DNA from: Candidatus Paceibacter sp.
GTDB taxonomy: Bacteria > Patescibacteriota > Patescibacteriia > Magasanikbacterales > UBA922
DNA length: 64,000 nucleotides
Assembly (NCBI GenBank): GCA_020725175.1
Contig: DYFM01000002.1
Coordinates: forward strand, 36,880 to 100,879
Reading direction: 5' to 3'
The position numbers and the translations under genes were made by a program. Below the pieces are notes generated by a model. It saw nothing but the letters and a program-made list of their open reading frames with translations. It did not search any database and had not been told where the DNA came from. Positions 38,788-47,334 of this stretch are shown here, in pieces. The first letter of the stretch is position 1, and every line of letters starts with the position of its first letter.

Positions 38788-40161
38788 ATGTATAAAAACA
38801 TCATCGTACTAACCATCCTTTTTACTTCTGTTTTTCTCTTTGGTTTCGGTTGCAAAGGTCTTTCCAAAGAGCAACAGCAACTCATCAAACCAGTCACGCT
38901 CAATTACTGGACGGTATTTAATGATGTCAAAGAATTGCAGCGTATGGCCGATGAGTACAAACTTCGTCGTCCTTACGTTACTGTAAAGGTCCGACAAGTT
39001 CGCTATGAAGAATTTGATCAACTCTTTACCAATGCGCTCGCTGACGATGTGGGGCCGGATATTGTGTCTATGAATGTTCGTTGGATTGGCGAGCATGAGC
39101 AGCGCCTCATGCCAATGCCGGCGTCAGTCACTGTTGCCAATGTGCAAACCAAGGGAACCTATATCCAAGAAACACTCGTTACACCGGAAACAGTTGCCAT
39201 GCCAACACTTCGGGCCATTCAGGAAAAGTTTGTGAGTACAGTGGCGGAAGATATTGTTATTGGAAAAAACATGTATGGCCTACCATTGGCGCTTGATACC
39301 ATGGCTCTTTATTACAACAAAGATCTCCTCGATCAGGCCGGAGTGCCGGAAGCACCAAAAACCTGGAGCGACTTTCTTGATGCGGTAAAAAAGTCAACCA
39401 AGTTTGATGCCAGTGGAAACATTGTGCAGTCTGGAGTGGCAATGGGGACCGGGAATAATATCGATAATGCCGGTGATCTAGTCGCTTTACTTATGATGCA
39501 AAATGGACGAGATATGACCGAAGGAAAGAGTGTGATTTTTGCTTCCGGTATTGGAAACGCTGCTACAAACCATCCGGCTATGCAGGCGGCGAGTTTTTAT
39601 ACCAGTTTTGCTCGCCCTACATTAGAGTCTTATTCGTGGAATGAAACGCAGGAAAATGCTTTGACATCCTTTACGAGAGGAAAAAGTGTTTTCTACTTTG
39701 GATTTGCTTATGATTTACCACGTATCCAAGCTCAGGCTCCACAGATGAACCTGGAAATTGTTTCTGTCCCGCAGCTTCGTTCTGATGCGCCCAAAAATGT
39801 TGCCAACTACTGGATTGAATCAGTAGTCAAGAAATCGAAGAATCCAAATGAAGCATGGGATTTTATTCGCTTCATGGTAAGTTCACAAAATATTGCCGCG
39901 TATACCAAGGCAACAAATCGTCCTACACCACTGCGAGAACAAATTGCGGCTCAACGAGAAGATGTCCGATTAGCACCGTTTGTTGATAGTGTATTAGTAG
40001 CAAAAAATTGGTACCGTGGAAAAGATTATGAACCGGCAAACCAAGCAATTCGCTCTATGGTAGATAATCTGTTAAAACCAGTGCCGGAAAATCAGGATGA
40101 AGCAAGGGCACACGCCACCATAATCAATAACGCCGCACGAGTAGTGCAGCAGACGATGTAG
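38788..40161 (+). CDS. ABC-transporter substrate-binding lipoprotein (family 1 solute-binding protein), orphan
   Basis: Lipobox 'GFGCKG' and SBP_bac_1-like length and motifs; no permease or ATPase gene nearby. Confidence 0.55.
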   Translation: MYKNIIVLTILFTSVFLFGFGCKGLSKEQQQLIKPVTLNYWTVFNDVKELQRMADEYKLRRPYVTVKVRQVRYEEFDQLFTNALADDVGPDIVSMNVRWIGEHEQRLMPMPASVTVANVQTKGTYIQETLVTPETVAMPTLRAIQEKFVSTVAEDIVIGKNMYGLPLALDTMALYYNKDLLDQAGVPEAPKTWSDFLDAVKKSTKFDASGNIVQSGVAMGTGNNIDNAGDLVALLMMQNGRDMTEGKSVIFASGIGNAATNHPAMQAASFYTSFARPTLESYSWNETQENALTSFTRGKSVFYFGFAYDLPRIQAQAPQMNLEIVSVPQLRSDAPKNVANYWIESVVKKSKNPNEAWDFIRFMVSSQNIAAYTKATNRPTPLREQIAAQREDVRLAPFVDSVLVAKNWYRGKDYEPANQAIRSMVDNLLKPVPENQDEARAHATIINNAARVVQQTM

Positions 40162-40163
40162 GT

Positions 40164-41372
40164 ATGAAAAAATTTTTTTTCTTAATATTGTTTACTGTTT
40201 TTTCTTTTCTACCATTATATGTGGCAGATGTTCTGGCTGCAAAGTGTTCGTGTAACCTTCAGTTTTCTTCAAAAAGTTCGGATCCTAATATAGTACCTTG
40301 TACGTTGAATAAAACGAAAGAATTTCCATTGTGCTCATCAGTTAATTTGAGCGGTTTGGCGAACGACCTTGATACGTGTGAGGTTGGGAAAGTCATTTTT
40401 GGTGCCGAAGCTGAAATACTACCCTCTACAATTCAGGTAAACGATTCAGGTTGTGCGGCAATGAGTAAGTCAGGAGGTGATAAGATAAACATTCCGATAT
40501 ATGGAGAAATAAACTATACTTATGATTTTAAGTGTCAGGTGATTGGTCAGCCTGTTGATAATGAAAAAGTTTGTCCAGTCAAAGCACCATCAAATGTAAA
40601 CTGTCCTAAACTCACAGAATCCCTTAACTGCGACAAACCAGAAAATCTCCAAAAATGTCAAGACACTTGTAACAACCAAAGTGAAAATCAGTGCATCTGG
40701 AACACTGCCAATAATTCATGTGTAAAAAAAGTCTTAGGCGCTGGTGGTGTGAGTCAACAAGACGCTGCAAAAATGTATCAAGATAAATTTTATGGGAAAC
40801 CAGAAGGTTATAACGGCTTCCTCCCTGATTGTGCCTTCACTGGTGACTGCGATGATGTGAACGATTTACTACAACTCGCCATAGGAATTGGTGAATGGAT
40901 ATTCAAAATTTCCGGTTCAGTCGCTTTCCTGATGTTTGTCTATGGTGGATTTATGATGGTGCTTTCTACCGGGAACTCTGAGCGAGTGAAAAAGGGGAGA
41001 GATATACTGGCGGCCGCGGTAGTTGGTTTGATTATAATATTCGGTGCCTATATGATTGTGGGATTTGTTTTGAATACTCTTGGGGTAACGGAATTTTATG
41101 ACTTTCGAGCTGCGCCAACTGAAGGTGGGGGGAGTTCTGTCTCTGAAACAACAAAATCTACTCAAAACAAAGAAGAGGCTAATAAAGATGAAGAACAACA
41201 AGCAGGATTTTGCGTAACCATAAAGGGTGGTGCGGCAGCTTGCATCCCAATAAATGGAGCTAACTGTGGCGATTATATTGGAGAAGATTCTAAACCTGGT
41301 GGTAGTATTATAACGGAAAAACCAACATGTGATGCGTTGGCTAACGAATTAAACACTCCCGCTTCACCATGA
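40164..41372 (+). CDS. TrbC/VirB2-like pilin-domain protein with N-terminal Cys-rich domain and C-terminal extension (member 2)
   Basis: 'SVAFLMFVYGGFMMVLSTGNSERVKKGRDILAAAVVGLIIIFGAYMIV'. Confidence 0.65.
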   Translation: MKKFFFLILFTVFSFLPLYVADVLAAKCSCNLQFSSKSSDPNIVPCTLNKTKEFPLCSSVNLSGLANDLDTCEVGKVIFGAEAEILPSTIQVNDSGCAAMSKSGGDKINIPIYGEINYTYDFKCQVIGQPVDNEKVCPVKAPSNVNCPKLTESLNCDKPENLQKCQDTCNNQSENQCIWNTANNSCVKKVLGAGGVSQQDAAKMYQDKFYGKPEGYNGFLPDCAFTGDCDDVNDLLQLAIGIGEWIFKISGSVAFLMFVYGGFMMVLSTGNSERVKKGRDILAAAVVGLIIIFGAYMIVGFVLNTLGVTEFYDFRAAPTEGGGSSVSETTKSTQNKEEANKDEEQQAGFCVTIKGGAAACIPINGANCGDYIGEDSKPGGSIITEKPTCDALANELNTPASP

Positions 41373-41971
41373 GAGTAACTATAAATATGATTAAATCTAA
41401 AGTCAAAGGTTTTTTCTTAATCAACATTTTTACACTGGGATGGTTGTTTTTCCCAACTGGCTTAGTATTATCATCTAACGGTGAGAAGTGCTTTTGTCTT
41501 GATATTAGTACTGATAAATTTGAAGAGGTTACTACAATTGCTTCTCAAGAAAATTGTACAGATGTTGAGGCGGAAAAAGTAAAGCCTACATATAGTCTTT
41601 GTACGTGGGAGTTACCAGAAAAACCAGTTCCTGAAAAAACGACAAGTGAAGTGTCAGCTGATAAAAGCAAAAATTCAACTAATGGAGGTGGTGAATGTGG
41701 CATCGACAAAGTCTGCCTCACCAACCCTCTCAAAGACGGCACAGACATCCCGACCCTTATTGGAAATATTATCAAGCGTGTGTTAGGAATTCTCGGTTCA
41801 ATCACCTTAGCAGTATTTGTTTACGGAGGATTCCTCTGGCTCACGAGTGCGGGTAATGCAGAAAAAGTCAAGAAAGGAACCGAAACAATGGCCTGGGCAG
41901 CAATTGGGGTCTTTATCATTTTTAGCGCGTATGCTATACTAAGTACGATTATAAAAGGGATTACTGGATGA
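41369..41971 (+). CDS. TrbC/VirB2-like pilin-domain protein (member 3)
   Basis: 'ITLAVFVYGGFLWLTSAGNAEKVKKGTETMAWAAIGVFIIFSAYAIL'; ATGA start/stop overlap with member 2. Confidence 0.65.
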   Translation: MRVTINMIKSKVKGFFLINIFTLGWLFFPTGLVLSSNGEKCFCLDISTDKFEEVTTIASQENCTDVEAEKVKPTYSLCTWELPEKPVPEKTTSEVSADKSKNSTNGGGECGIDKVCLTNPLKDGTDIPTLIGNIIKRVLGILGSITLAVFVYGGFLWLTSAGNAEKVKKGTETMAWAAIGVFIIFSAYAILSTIIKGITG

Positions 41972-41980
41972 TAATTGGAT

Positions 41981-42723
41981 GTGCGAACTTACGAACAGTA
42001 AGTACGAACATACGAACTACGAACAATTGAATCCGCCCACGGCCCCAGGCGTGCACAGCAAGGCGGACGAGGGTTTTATTCTCTCCCGATTTGATCGAGA
42101 AAAACTACCTATAGCGATACCCTGTCAGCTTCCACCCCGGGCGGACACGTGCTGCGGGGACATTCGTTTGTAAACTGCGAAGAGTTAGGTCTAATAAGTT
42201 TAAAAATATGCGCGGAGGGCAGACAATTGTACGAAATGATAAAATTTTGTATCCGGAACTAAGTTATCAAATAAATGGAGTTTTAATGGATGTGGCGAAG
42301 ACGCTTGGTGGCGGTCATAAGGAAAATTATTACGGAAATGCTTGTGCTGTAGGATTTACGAAAAGACAGATATCATTTCAAAGAGAAGTGTATGTGCCAC
42401 TCACATATGAAGATGAAAAAGTAGGAAAATATTTTGTGGATTTTCTCATCGAAAATAAAATAATCCTGGAGCTAAAACGTGGTCAATTTATATCAAGTTC
42501 AGTAATAGAACAGACAAAACAGTACTTGGTTGCAAAAAATCTAAAATTGGGAATAATTGGCTGTTTTACTTACAATGGGGTAGTTATCAAAAGAGTAGTA
42601 AACGAGTATTAAATATGTACGAACAATACGAATGATAAGTACGAACATACGAACTGCGAACAAAGCAACTTTTCTCGCCAGTTCGTAGTTCGTATGTTCG
42701 TACTTACAGTTCGTACGTTCGGA
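41981..42723. mobile_element. hairpin cassette: inverted (TACGAAC)n arrays flanking a GxxExxY gene
   Basis: 41981-42028 GTGCGAACTTACGAACAGTAAGTACGAACATACGAACTACGAAC versus 42617-42723 GTACGAACAATACGAA..GTACGAACATACGAACTGCGAAC...GTTCGTAGTTCGTATGTTCGTACTTACAGTTCGTACGTTCG. Confidence 0.5.
42208..42612 (+). CDS. GxxExxY family protein (PD-(D/E)xK-like; family known from 23S rRNA intervening sequences)
   Basis: 'TLGGGHKENYYGNACAVGFTK.....KYFVDFLIENKIILELKRGQ.....QYLVAKNLKLGIIGCF' fits the GxxExxY pattern. Confidence 0.55.
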   Translation: MRGGQTIVRNDKILYPELSYQINGVLMDVAKTLGGGHKENYYGNACAVGFTKRQISFQREVYVPLTYEDEKVGKYFVDFLIENKIILELKRGQFISSSVIEQTKQYLVAKNLKLGIIGCFTYNGVVIKRVVNEY

Positions 42724-42788
42724 CATTAACAAATAACCAGAACCACAAATATGAGTAATGATCTTCCATCGAAAGGAGGTGAGAGAAC

Positions 42789-43223
42789 ATGAGTAAAATG
42801 TATATGTTGGCGGCAAAGTACAAAGCTTTTTTTGCGGTGTTTTTTGCGCTCGGAATGGCATTTGTCCTTTCACCGGTAGCTTTTGCACAAACAAATGAGT
42901 ATTTGTCTACCGAATGTGGAGCTAATGATCCTTTTTGTATCGAGGGTGCAAGAGTAGAAAAGCTTGGCGATGAACCATTATTAGATACTATTACTAGTAT
43001 TATCAACGTTGCGTTGAGTCTATTGGGTATCGTTGCGGTGGTAATTATCTTGATTGGTGGTTTCAAATGGATGACAGCTGGTGGTAGTGAAGATAAGGTG
43101 GCCGATGCGAGAAAGTTAATTTTCTCTGGTATTATCGGTATTGCTATCATTTTGTCGGCGTGGGCAATTGCAAATTTTGTTTTGAGTGCCTTGGTAGATG
43201 CTACAGGTGCAGGTGTAGAATAA
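42789..43223 (+). CDS. TrbC/VirB2-like pilin-domain protein (member 4)
   Basis: 'IVAVVIILIGGFKWMTAGGSEDKVADARKLIFSGIIGIAIILSAWAIANFV'. Confidence 0.7.
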   Translation: MSKMYMLAAKYKAFFAVFFALGMAFVLSPVAFAQTNEYLSTECGANDPFCIEGARVEKLGDEPLLDTITSIINVALSLLGIVAVVIILIGGFKWMTAGGSEDKVADARKLIFSGIIGIAIILSAWAIANFVLSALVDATGAGVE

Positions 43224-43296
43224 CAGATGGAAAACAAAACCGGTTTTATTTTACCATCCGGATTCATGCGGAGCACTCGTTGCTCCGCAGTTGTAA

Positions 43297-43740
43297 GTGG
43301 TTCATTCCTATGAAACATTTACAACTGTTTCTAACCTCTTTTATATGAAAAAACGCCTCCTGTCATTTGTTTTCAGCCTTCTGATCATGTTTGGGGTACT
43401 GTCAATATCTACTTCTGTATCAGCCCTGGCACCAAATCAACCGGACACACTTGGACTTTCCTATGGCGCAGAAACGGGGTTGAGCGGACAAGATGTTCGT
43501 ATTACTGTAGCTAGAATCATTAGTGTGGCATTAGGATTGCTTGGTATTTTGACTGTCTTACTTATTTTGTACGCCGGATTTATGTGGATGACTGCGGCCG
43601 GGGAAGAGGATAAGATAAAAAAAGCCAAAGGCATACTTACAGCCGCCATTGTCGGGTTGGCAATTATTTTAAGTGCTTACGCTATTACCAGATTTGTCAT
43701 TGAAAGTTTGATGGATGCTACTGGGGTGTATCCGTATTAG
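43297..43740 (+). CDS. TrbC/VirB2-like pilin-domain protein (member 5)
   Basis: 'ILTVLLILYAGFMWMTAAGEEDKIKKAKGILTAAIVGLAIILSAYAITRFV'. Confidence 0.7.
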   Translation: MVHSYETFTTVSNLFYMKKRLLSFVFSLLIMFGVLSISTSVSALAPNQPDTLGLSYGAETGLSGQDVRITVARIISVALGLLGILTVLLILYAGFMWMTAAGEEDKIKKAKGILTAAIVGLAIILSAYAITRFVIESLMDATGVYPY

Positions 43741-43753
43741 CTATTGTTGTTGT

Positions 43754-43836
43754 AAGCAGAGTAGGCAGAGTAAGCAGAGTAGGCTTTTGCATTATTGAGC
43801 TTAATATGCGTAATCTGCTTACTCTGCCTACTCTGC
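43754..43836. repeat. palindromic GCAGAGTA-repeat element
   Basis: GCAGAGTAGGCAGAGTAAGCAGAGTAGGC ... GCTTACTCTGCCTACTCTGC. Confidence 0.6.
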
Positions 43837-43877
43837 AAAAAAACTCAGTAAATCACATTATATACTAACTTTCTTTT

Positions 43878-44633
43878 ATGAAACAGTGGAAGTTTCTCAT
43901 ATTCGGCATGGCATTCTCACTCATGTTTGTAATTGGTTCAGGAATTGTGCTTGCTGATAAGTATGGACTTGATGCCACCGCAAAAGCTGCTGATCTGAAT
44001 ACTACAGATAATTTACCTACTATTGTTGGTAATATCATCGGTACCGCCCTCTCCATTGTTTCTGTGGTATTTTTTATTCTCATGATTTTTGCCGGATTTT
44101 TGTGGATGACGGCACATGGTAAAGAGGATCAAGAGAAAAAAGCCCGGGACACTATTTTTGCGGCCATTATTGGTATTATCATCATCTTGGCTGCGTACGC
44201 GATTACGAATTTGGTATTTAGTTCGGTGAAGGCGGGTTCGGGGGGTGGTGGAGGTGGTGGGAGTGCTACTCCAACACAGACAGCTTCAGGTAATCAAACA
44301 AAAAAAACAGATGATGCCTGTTTAGATTTAAATGGTGAGTGTCAGTTTAACGCAACAAAAGGTGGAAATTGTACAATAGGCTCAATCTCTGGAAAATACC
44401 AAGAGGATAAATGTTTAAGTAACTCTTCAAAAACATATTTATGTTGCGTACCTACAAAACCGATTGGATATTGTATTAAAAATGATAAAATCTGCGTAGC
44501 TAATGATAGCGATGGAGAGAATTGCACAGACGATATGAGAGGGGTAAATGGAGAATACGGTGGAATAAAATTTGCTACTGAAAAAGAGTGTGATGTGTAT
44601 TATGAGACTTACTTGGAACAACAACTTAATTAA
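43878..44633 (+). CDS. TrbC/VirB2-like pilin-domain protein with C-terminal Gly-rich linker and Cys-rich domain (member 6)
   Basis: 'VVFFILMIFAGFLWMTAHGKEDQEKKARDTIFAAIIGIIIILAAYAITNLV' then 'GSGGGGGGGS' and a 10-Cys tail. Confidence 0.7.
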   Translation: MKQWKFLIFGMAFSLMFVIGSGIVLADKYGLDATAKAADLNTTDNLPTIVGNIIGTALSIVSVVFFILMIFAGFLWMTAHGKEDQEKKARDTIFAAIIGIIIILAAYAITNLVFSSVKAGSGGGGGGGSATPTQTASGNQTKKTDDACLDLNGECQFNATKGGNCTIGSISGKYQEDKCLSNSSKTYLCCVPTKPIGYCIKNDKICVANDSDGENCTDDMRGVNGEYGGIKFATEKECDVYYETYLEQQLN

Positions 44634-44665
44634 AAGAATCTTCATGTTGAAAGAGTACTGGGGTT

Positions 44666-45343
44666 ATGTTAGGAATAAATATTATGAAAATAATTGTAAA
44701 AATTTTCATTTCAGTGTGTTTATTTTCAATAGGTTTGGTAATATTAACGCCAACTACTTTTGCCAAACAAACAATCTCCCAAGCCCAAAGCAATCTCGAT
44801 ACCGTCGTTGATCAAACCGGGATCGTTTCTGAGGACACAAAGAATGTACCGGCAGTTGTAGGAACAATTGTGAGTATGGCGCTCAGTGTGGTCGCGGTGG
44901 TATTCTTTGCTCTCATGGTCTATGCCGGAATCAAGTGGCTGGTATCGCGTGGTGATGAGGAGCAGATCAAAAAAGCGCGGAGTACGATTATAGGTGCAAC
45001 GATTGGATTGGTTGTGATCATTAGTGCGTATGCATTTACGCAGTTTGTGCAGGAGCGGATCATAGAAGGACAAGGTCAAGGACAACCAATCGCAAGTCAG
45101 AACCAAATAGAAATTGGTTCAGATGCCGGTGGTGGTGTGGTGGGATGTTGTGTGGACACTGTAGGAGCGGCCGGTACTCTATGGAGTATTCCAAAATCAG
45201 CATGTCGTATTACTACATCCAAAGACTGTGAAACACGGGGCTTAACATGTGAAACAGGAGATAATTTTTGTACCAATGAAGATTGGGAGTTTGATGAATC
45301 TATCACAGATATTGCTTCGTGTATAGACAAGTATTGTGACTAA
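44666..45343 (+). CDS. TrbC/VirB2-like pilin-domain protein with C-terminal Cys-rich domain (member 7)
   Basis: 'VAVVFFALMVYAGIKWLVSRGDEEQIKKARSTIIGATIGLVVIISAYAF' then a Cys-rich tail. Confidence 0.7.
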   Translation: MLGINIMKIIVKIFISVCLFSIGLVILTPTTFAKQTISQAQSNLDTVVDQTGIVSEDTKNVPAVVGTIVSMALSVVAVVFFALMVYAGIKWLVSRGDEEQIKKARSTIIGATIGLVVIISAYAFTQFVQERIIEGQGQGQPIASQNQIEIGSDAGGGVVGCCVDTVGAAGTLWSIPKSACRITTSKDCETRGLTCETGDNFCTNEDWEFDESITDIASCIDKYCD

Positions 45344-45355
45344 CAACTTACTTTT

Positions 45356-45733
45356 ATGAAAAAAAATTTTTTACTAAGTATAGTTTTCTTACTTCTTTTA
45401 CCAGCTGTGGTATTTGCCCAAGGAGATTTTTCAAATGCAAGAGGTAACCTAGAAGATGTCGGTGCAAAAGTGGGAGGTACAATGCAAACTGATCTCGGTG
45501 CGGCTATCGGTACAGCTATCAGCGCGGTCTTGGGTTTGGTAGGTCTTATTTTCTTTGTCCTGATGGTCTATGCCGGATATCTCTGGATGACGGCGCGAGG
45601 AGAAAGTGAGCCAGTTGATAAGGCAAAGAAAATCATTACCGCTTCAATCATTGGACTCGTCATTGTGGCGAGTGCGTATGCGATTACGGTACTGCTTACC
45701 GGTACCTTTGATCAAAGCATTGGCGGGCAGTAG
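45356..45733 (+). CDS. TrbC/VirB2-like pilin-domain protein (member 8)
   Basis: 'LIFFVLMVYAGYLWMTARGESEPVDKAKKIITASIIGLVIVASAYAITVLL'. Confidence 0.7.
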   Translation: MKKNFLLSIVFLLLLPAVVFAQGDFSNARGNLEDVGAKVGGTMQTDLGAAIGTAISAVLGLVGLIFFVLMVYAGYLWMTARGESEPVDKAKKIITASIIGLVIVASAYAITVLLTGTFDQSIGGQ

Positions 45734-45760
45734 TCATGTTTCGTAAAGTGTTAGAAACGA

Positions 45761-45843
45761 AATAGACAGTGGATAAAACGAATCAAACGAATAAAAACGG
45801 ATCCGTTATCATCTGTTCCATCCGTCCAATCCGCGGTCCATTT
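45761..45843. repeat. TAGAC...CCGCGGTCCAT-family palindromic element
   Basis: AATAGACAGTGGATAAAACGAATCAAACGAATAAAAACGGATCCGTT...CCGTCCAATCCGCGGTCCATTT. Confidence 0.6.
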
Positions 45844-45899
45844 ACTCCTCAATAGCACAAATACAAAGAAATCAGTTCGTATTTATCCTAAAATATCGT

Positions 45900-46289
45900 A
45901 TGAAATTTCGAATCGGTTTTCAAAAAACACTCATAGTTGTTTTTCTCTCACTACTATTTATCAGTCCGGTATCAGCGGTTGAGCTTGGTGGGGGTCTGTT
46001 GAAAAATGCTCAGGAGGCATCTGGATACGAAGTAGCAACCCGCCTAACATTTGCCGAACGCCTGGGTCAAGTCGTACAAGTTGCCTTATCATTTGTTGGA
46101 ATTATTTTTCTCGCCCTTACTGTCTATGCCGGCTTTCTCTGGATGACGGCGCGTGGTGAATCGGATAAAATTGATAAAGCCAAAGAGATCTTAAAAGCGT
46201 CTATTATTGGTTTGGTTATTACTCTTGGTGCGTATAGTATCGCGGCCTTTATTGTTCCGGCCATTATGGCGGTCCAAGGAACTCCATAA
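45900..46289 (+). CDS. TrbC/VirB2-like pilin-domain protein (member 9)
   Basis: 'IIFLALTVYAGFLWMTARGESDKIDKAKEILKASIIGLVITLGAYSIAAFIV'. Confidence 0.7.
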   Translation: MKFRIGFQKTLIVVFLSLLFISPVSAVELGGGLLKNAQEASGYEVATRLTFAERLGQVVQVALSFVGIIFLALTVYAGFLWMTARGESDKIDKAKEILKASIIGLVITLGAYSIAAFIVPAIMAVQGTP

Positions 46290-46296
46290 GCAAACT

Positions 46297-46701
46297 ATGA
46301 AGTTTATTATTGCCATTTTATTTGTTCTAGCACTTCTTCTCCTTGGAATACCTGACAATGTTGTCCTAGCACAAGATGCTCCTTCATACATGGAGCAACT
46401 TCAGGCAGGGGGGACCGGAGCCGGGATAGAAAATACGGAGACACCGATAGATCCGAGGTCGTTTATAGCCTACATTATTCAAATCGCTTTAAGTTTTGTG
46501 GGTATTATTTTTACCGGACTGACGGTGTATGGCGGATATCTCAGAGTGACAGCACATGGAGAAAATGAACGAATTGAAAAATCCACCAAAGTGATTACCG
46601 CGGCTGTTATTGGTCTGGCTATCACACTTCTCGCGCTGGGAATTACTGTAGCGGTAAGTACAATCGTTGGGACCGCTGCCAATCCGGCCTTTACCTATTA
46701 A
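46297..46701 (+). CDS. TrbC/VirB2-like pilin-domain protein (member 10); start at internal Met 'MKFIIAIL'
   Basis: 'IIFTGLTVYGGYLRVTAHGENERIEKSTKVITAAVIGLAITLLALGITV'. Confidence 0.65.
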   Translation: MKFIIAILFVLALLLLGIPDNVVLAQDAPSYMEQLQAGGTGAGIENTETPIDPRSFIAYIIQIALSFVGIIFTGLTVYGGYLRVTAHGENERIEKSTKVITAAVIGLAITLLALGITVAVSTIVGTAANPAFTY

Positions 46702-46702
46702 T

Positions 46703-47296
46703 ATGTTTTCATTGCGACACGCATTTGCGACAACTTGTTTTCTCATTTCACTGCTTGTACTCCCTGTTGGCTCAGTTTTAGCTACTTCGCCACTTCCAGA
46801 CTTAGGTGATGGACCGAGCCAAACTACTCAGCAAGAACAAGCACAAGCGGAAAAAACCGCCACACAAGCCGAACAAGAGCAGTTTCAGGCCTTTGTTGGA
46901 AACAAGGGAGCGAATCTTGGTGGGTATGTAGATGATCCAAGAAGGGTGGCTGCGCGTGTAATTAGTTATGCGTTGGGACTGCTCGGTATGCTATTTTTGT
47001 CGTACACCATTTATGGTGGAGTGGTCTGGATGACCAGTGCCGGAGAAGAGGAGAAAATCAAAAAAGGGAAAAGTATTATTGTAAATGGAGTCATTGGGGT
47101 GGCAATTATCTTGAGTGCGTATGCCATTACCGGCACAGTCGCAAGAATTCTTCAGGGTCAGCAGGAAGTGCCGGAAGGGCAACCCTGTGTTATGCCGGAT
47201 TCAAGTGATTTTACCAACAAAGATCCGCTCCATGAAGATGTGAATAGTTGGTGGTATCCGGAAGGACTTCCTCCGTGTAACGTATTGCCGGAATAA
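46703..47296 (+). CDS. TrbC/VirB2-like pilin-domain protein with C-terminal extension (member 11); start at 'MFSLRHAF'
   Basis: 'MLFLSYTIYGGVVWMTSAGEEEKIKKGKSIIVNGVIGVAIILSAYAITGTV'. Confidence 0.65.
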   Translation: MFSLRHAFATTCFLISLLVLPVGSVLATSPLPDLGDGPSQTTQQEQAQAEKTATQAEQEQFQAFVGNKGANLGGYVDDPRRVAARVISYALGLLGMLFLSYTIYGGVVWMTSAGEEEKIKKGKSIIVNGVIGVAIILSAYAITGTVARILQGQQEVPEGQPCVMPDSSDFTNKDPLHEDVNSWWYPEGLPPCNVLPE

Positions 47297-47302
47297 TAAC
47301 AC

Positions 47303-47334
47303 AAACACCGTACGAGTTACGGTGTTTTTTTTAG
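47303..47334. terminator. bidirectional rho-independent terminator
   Basis: ACACCGTA-cgagt-TACGGTGT followed by T8. Confidence 0.6.

Noticed and set aside
36505-47296. A complete conjugative type IV secretion system
   Set aside because: Only VirB2/TrbC-like pilin-domain genes are present. No VirB4, VirB11 or VirD4 ATPase, VirB6 or VirB8 channel component, or relaxase is encoded in the window. This fits a surface-filament or adhesin paralog family better than a conjugation locus.
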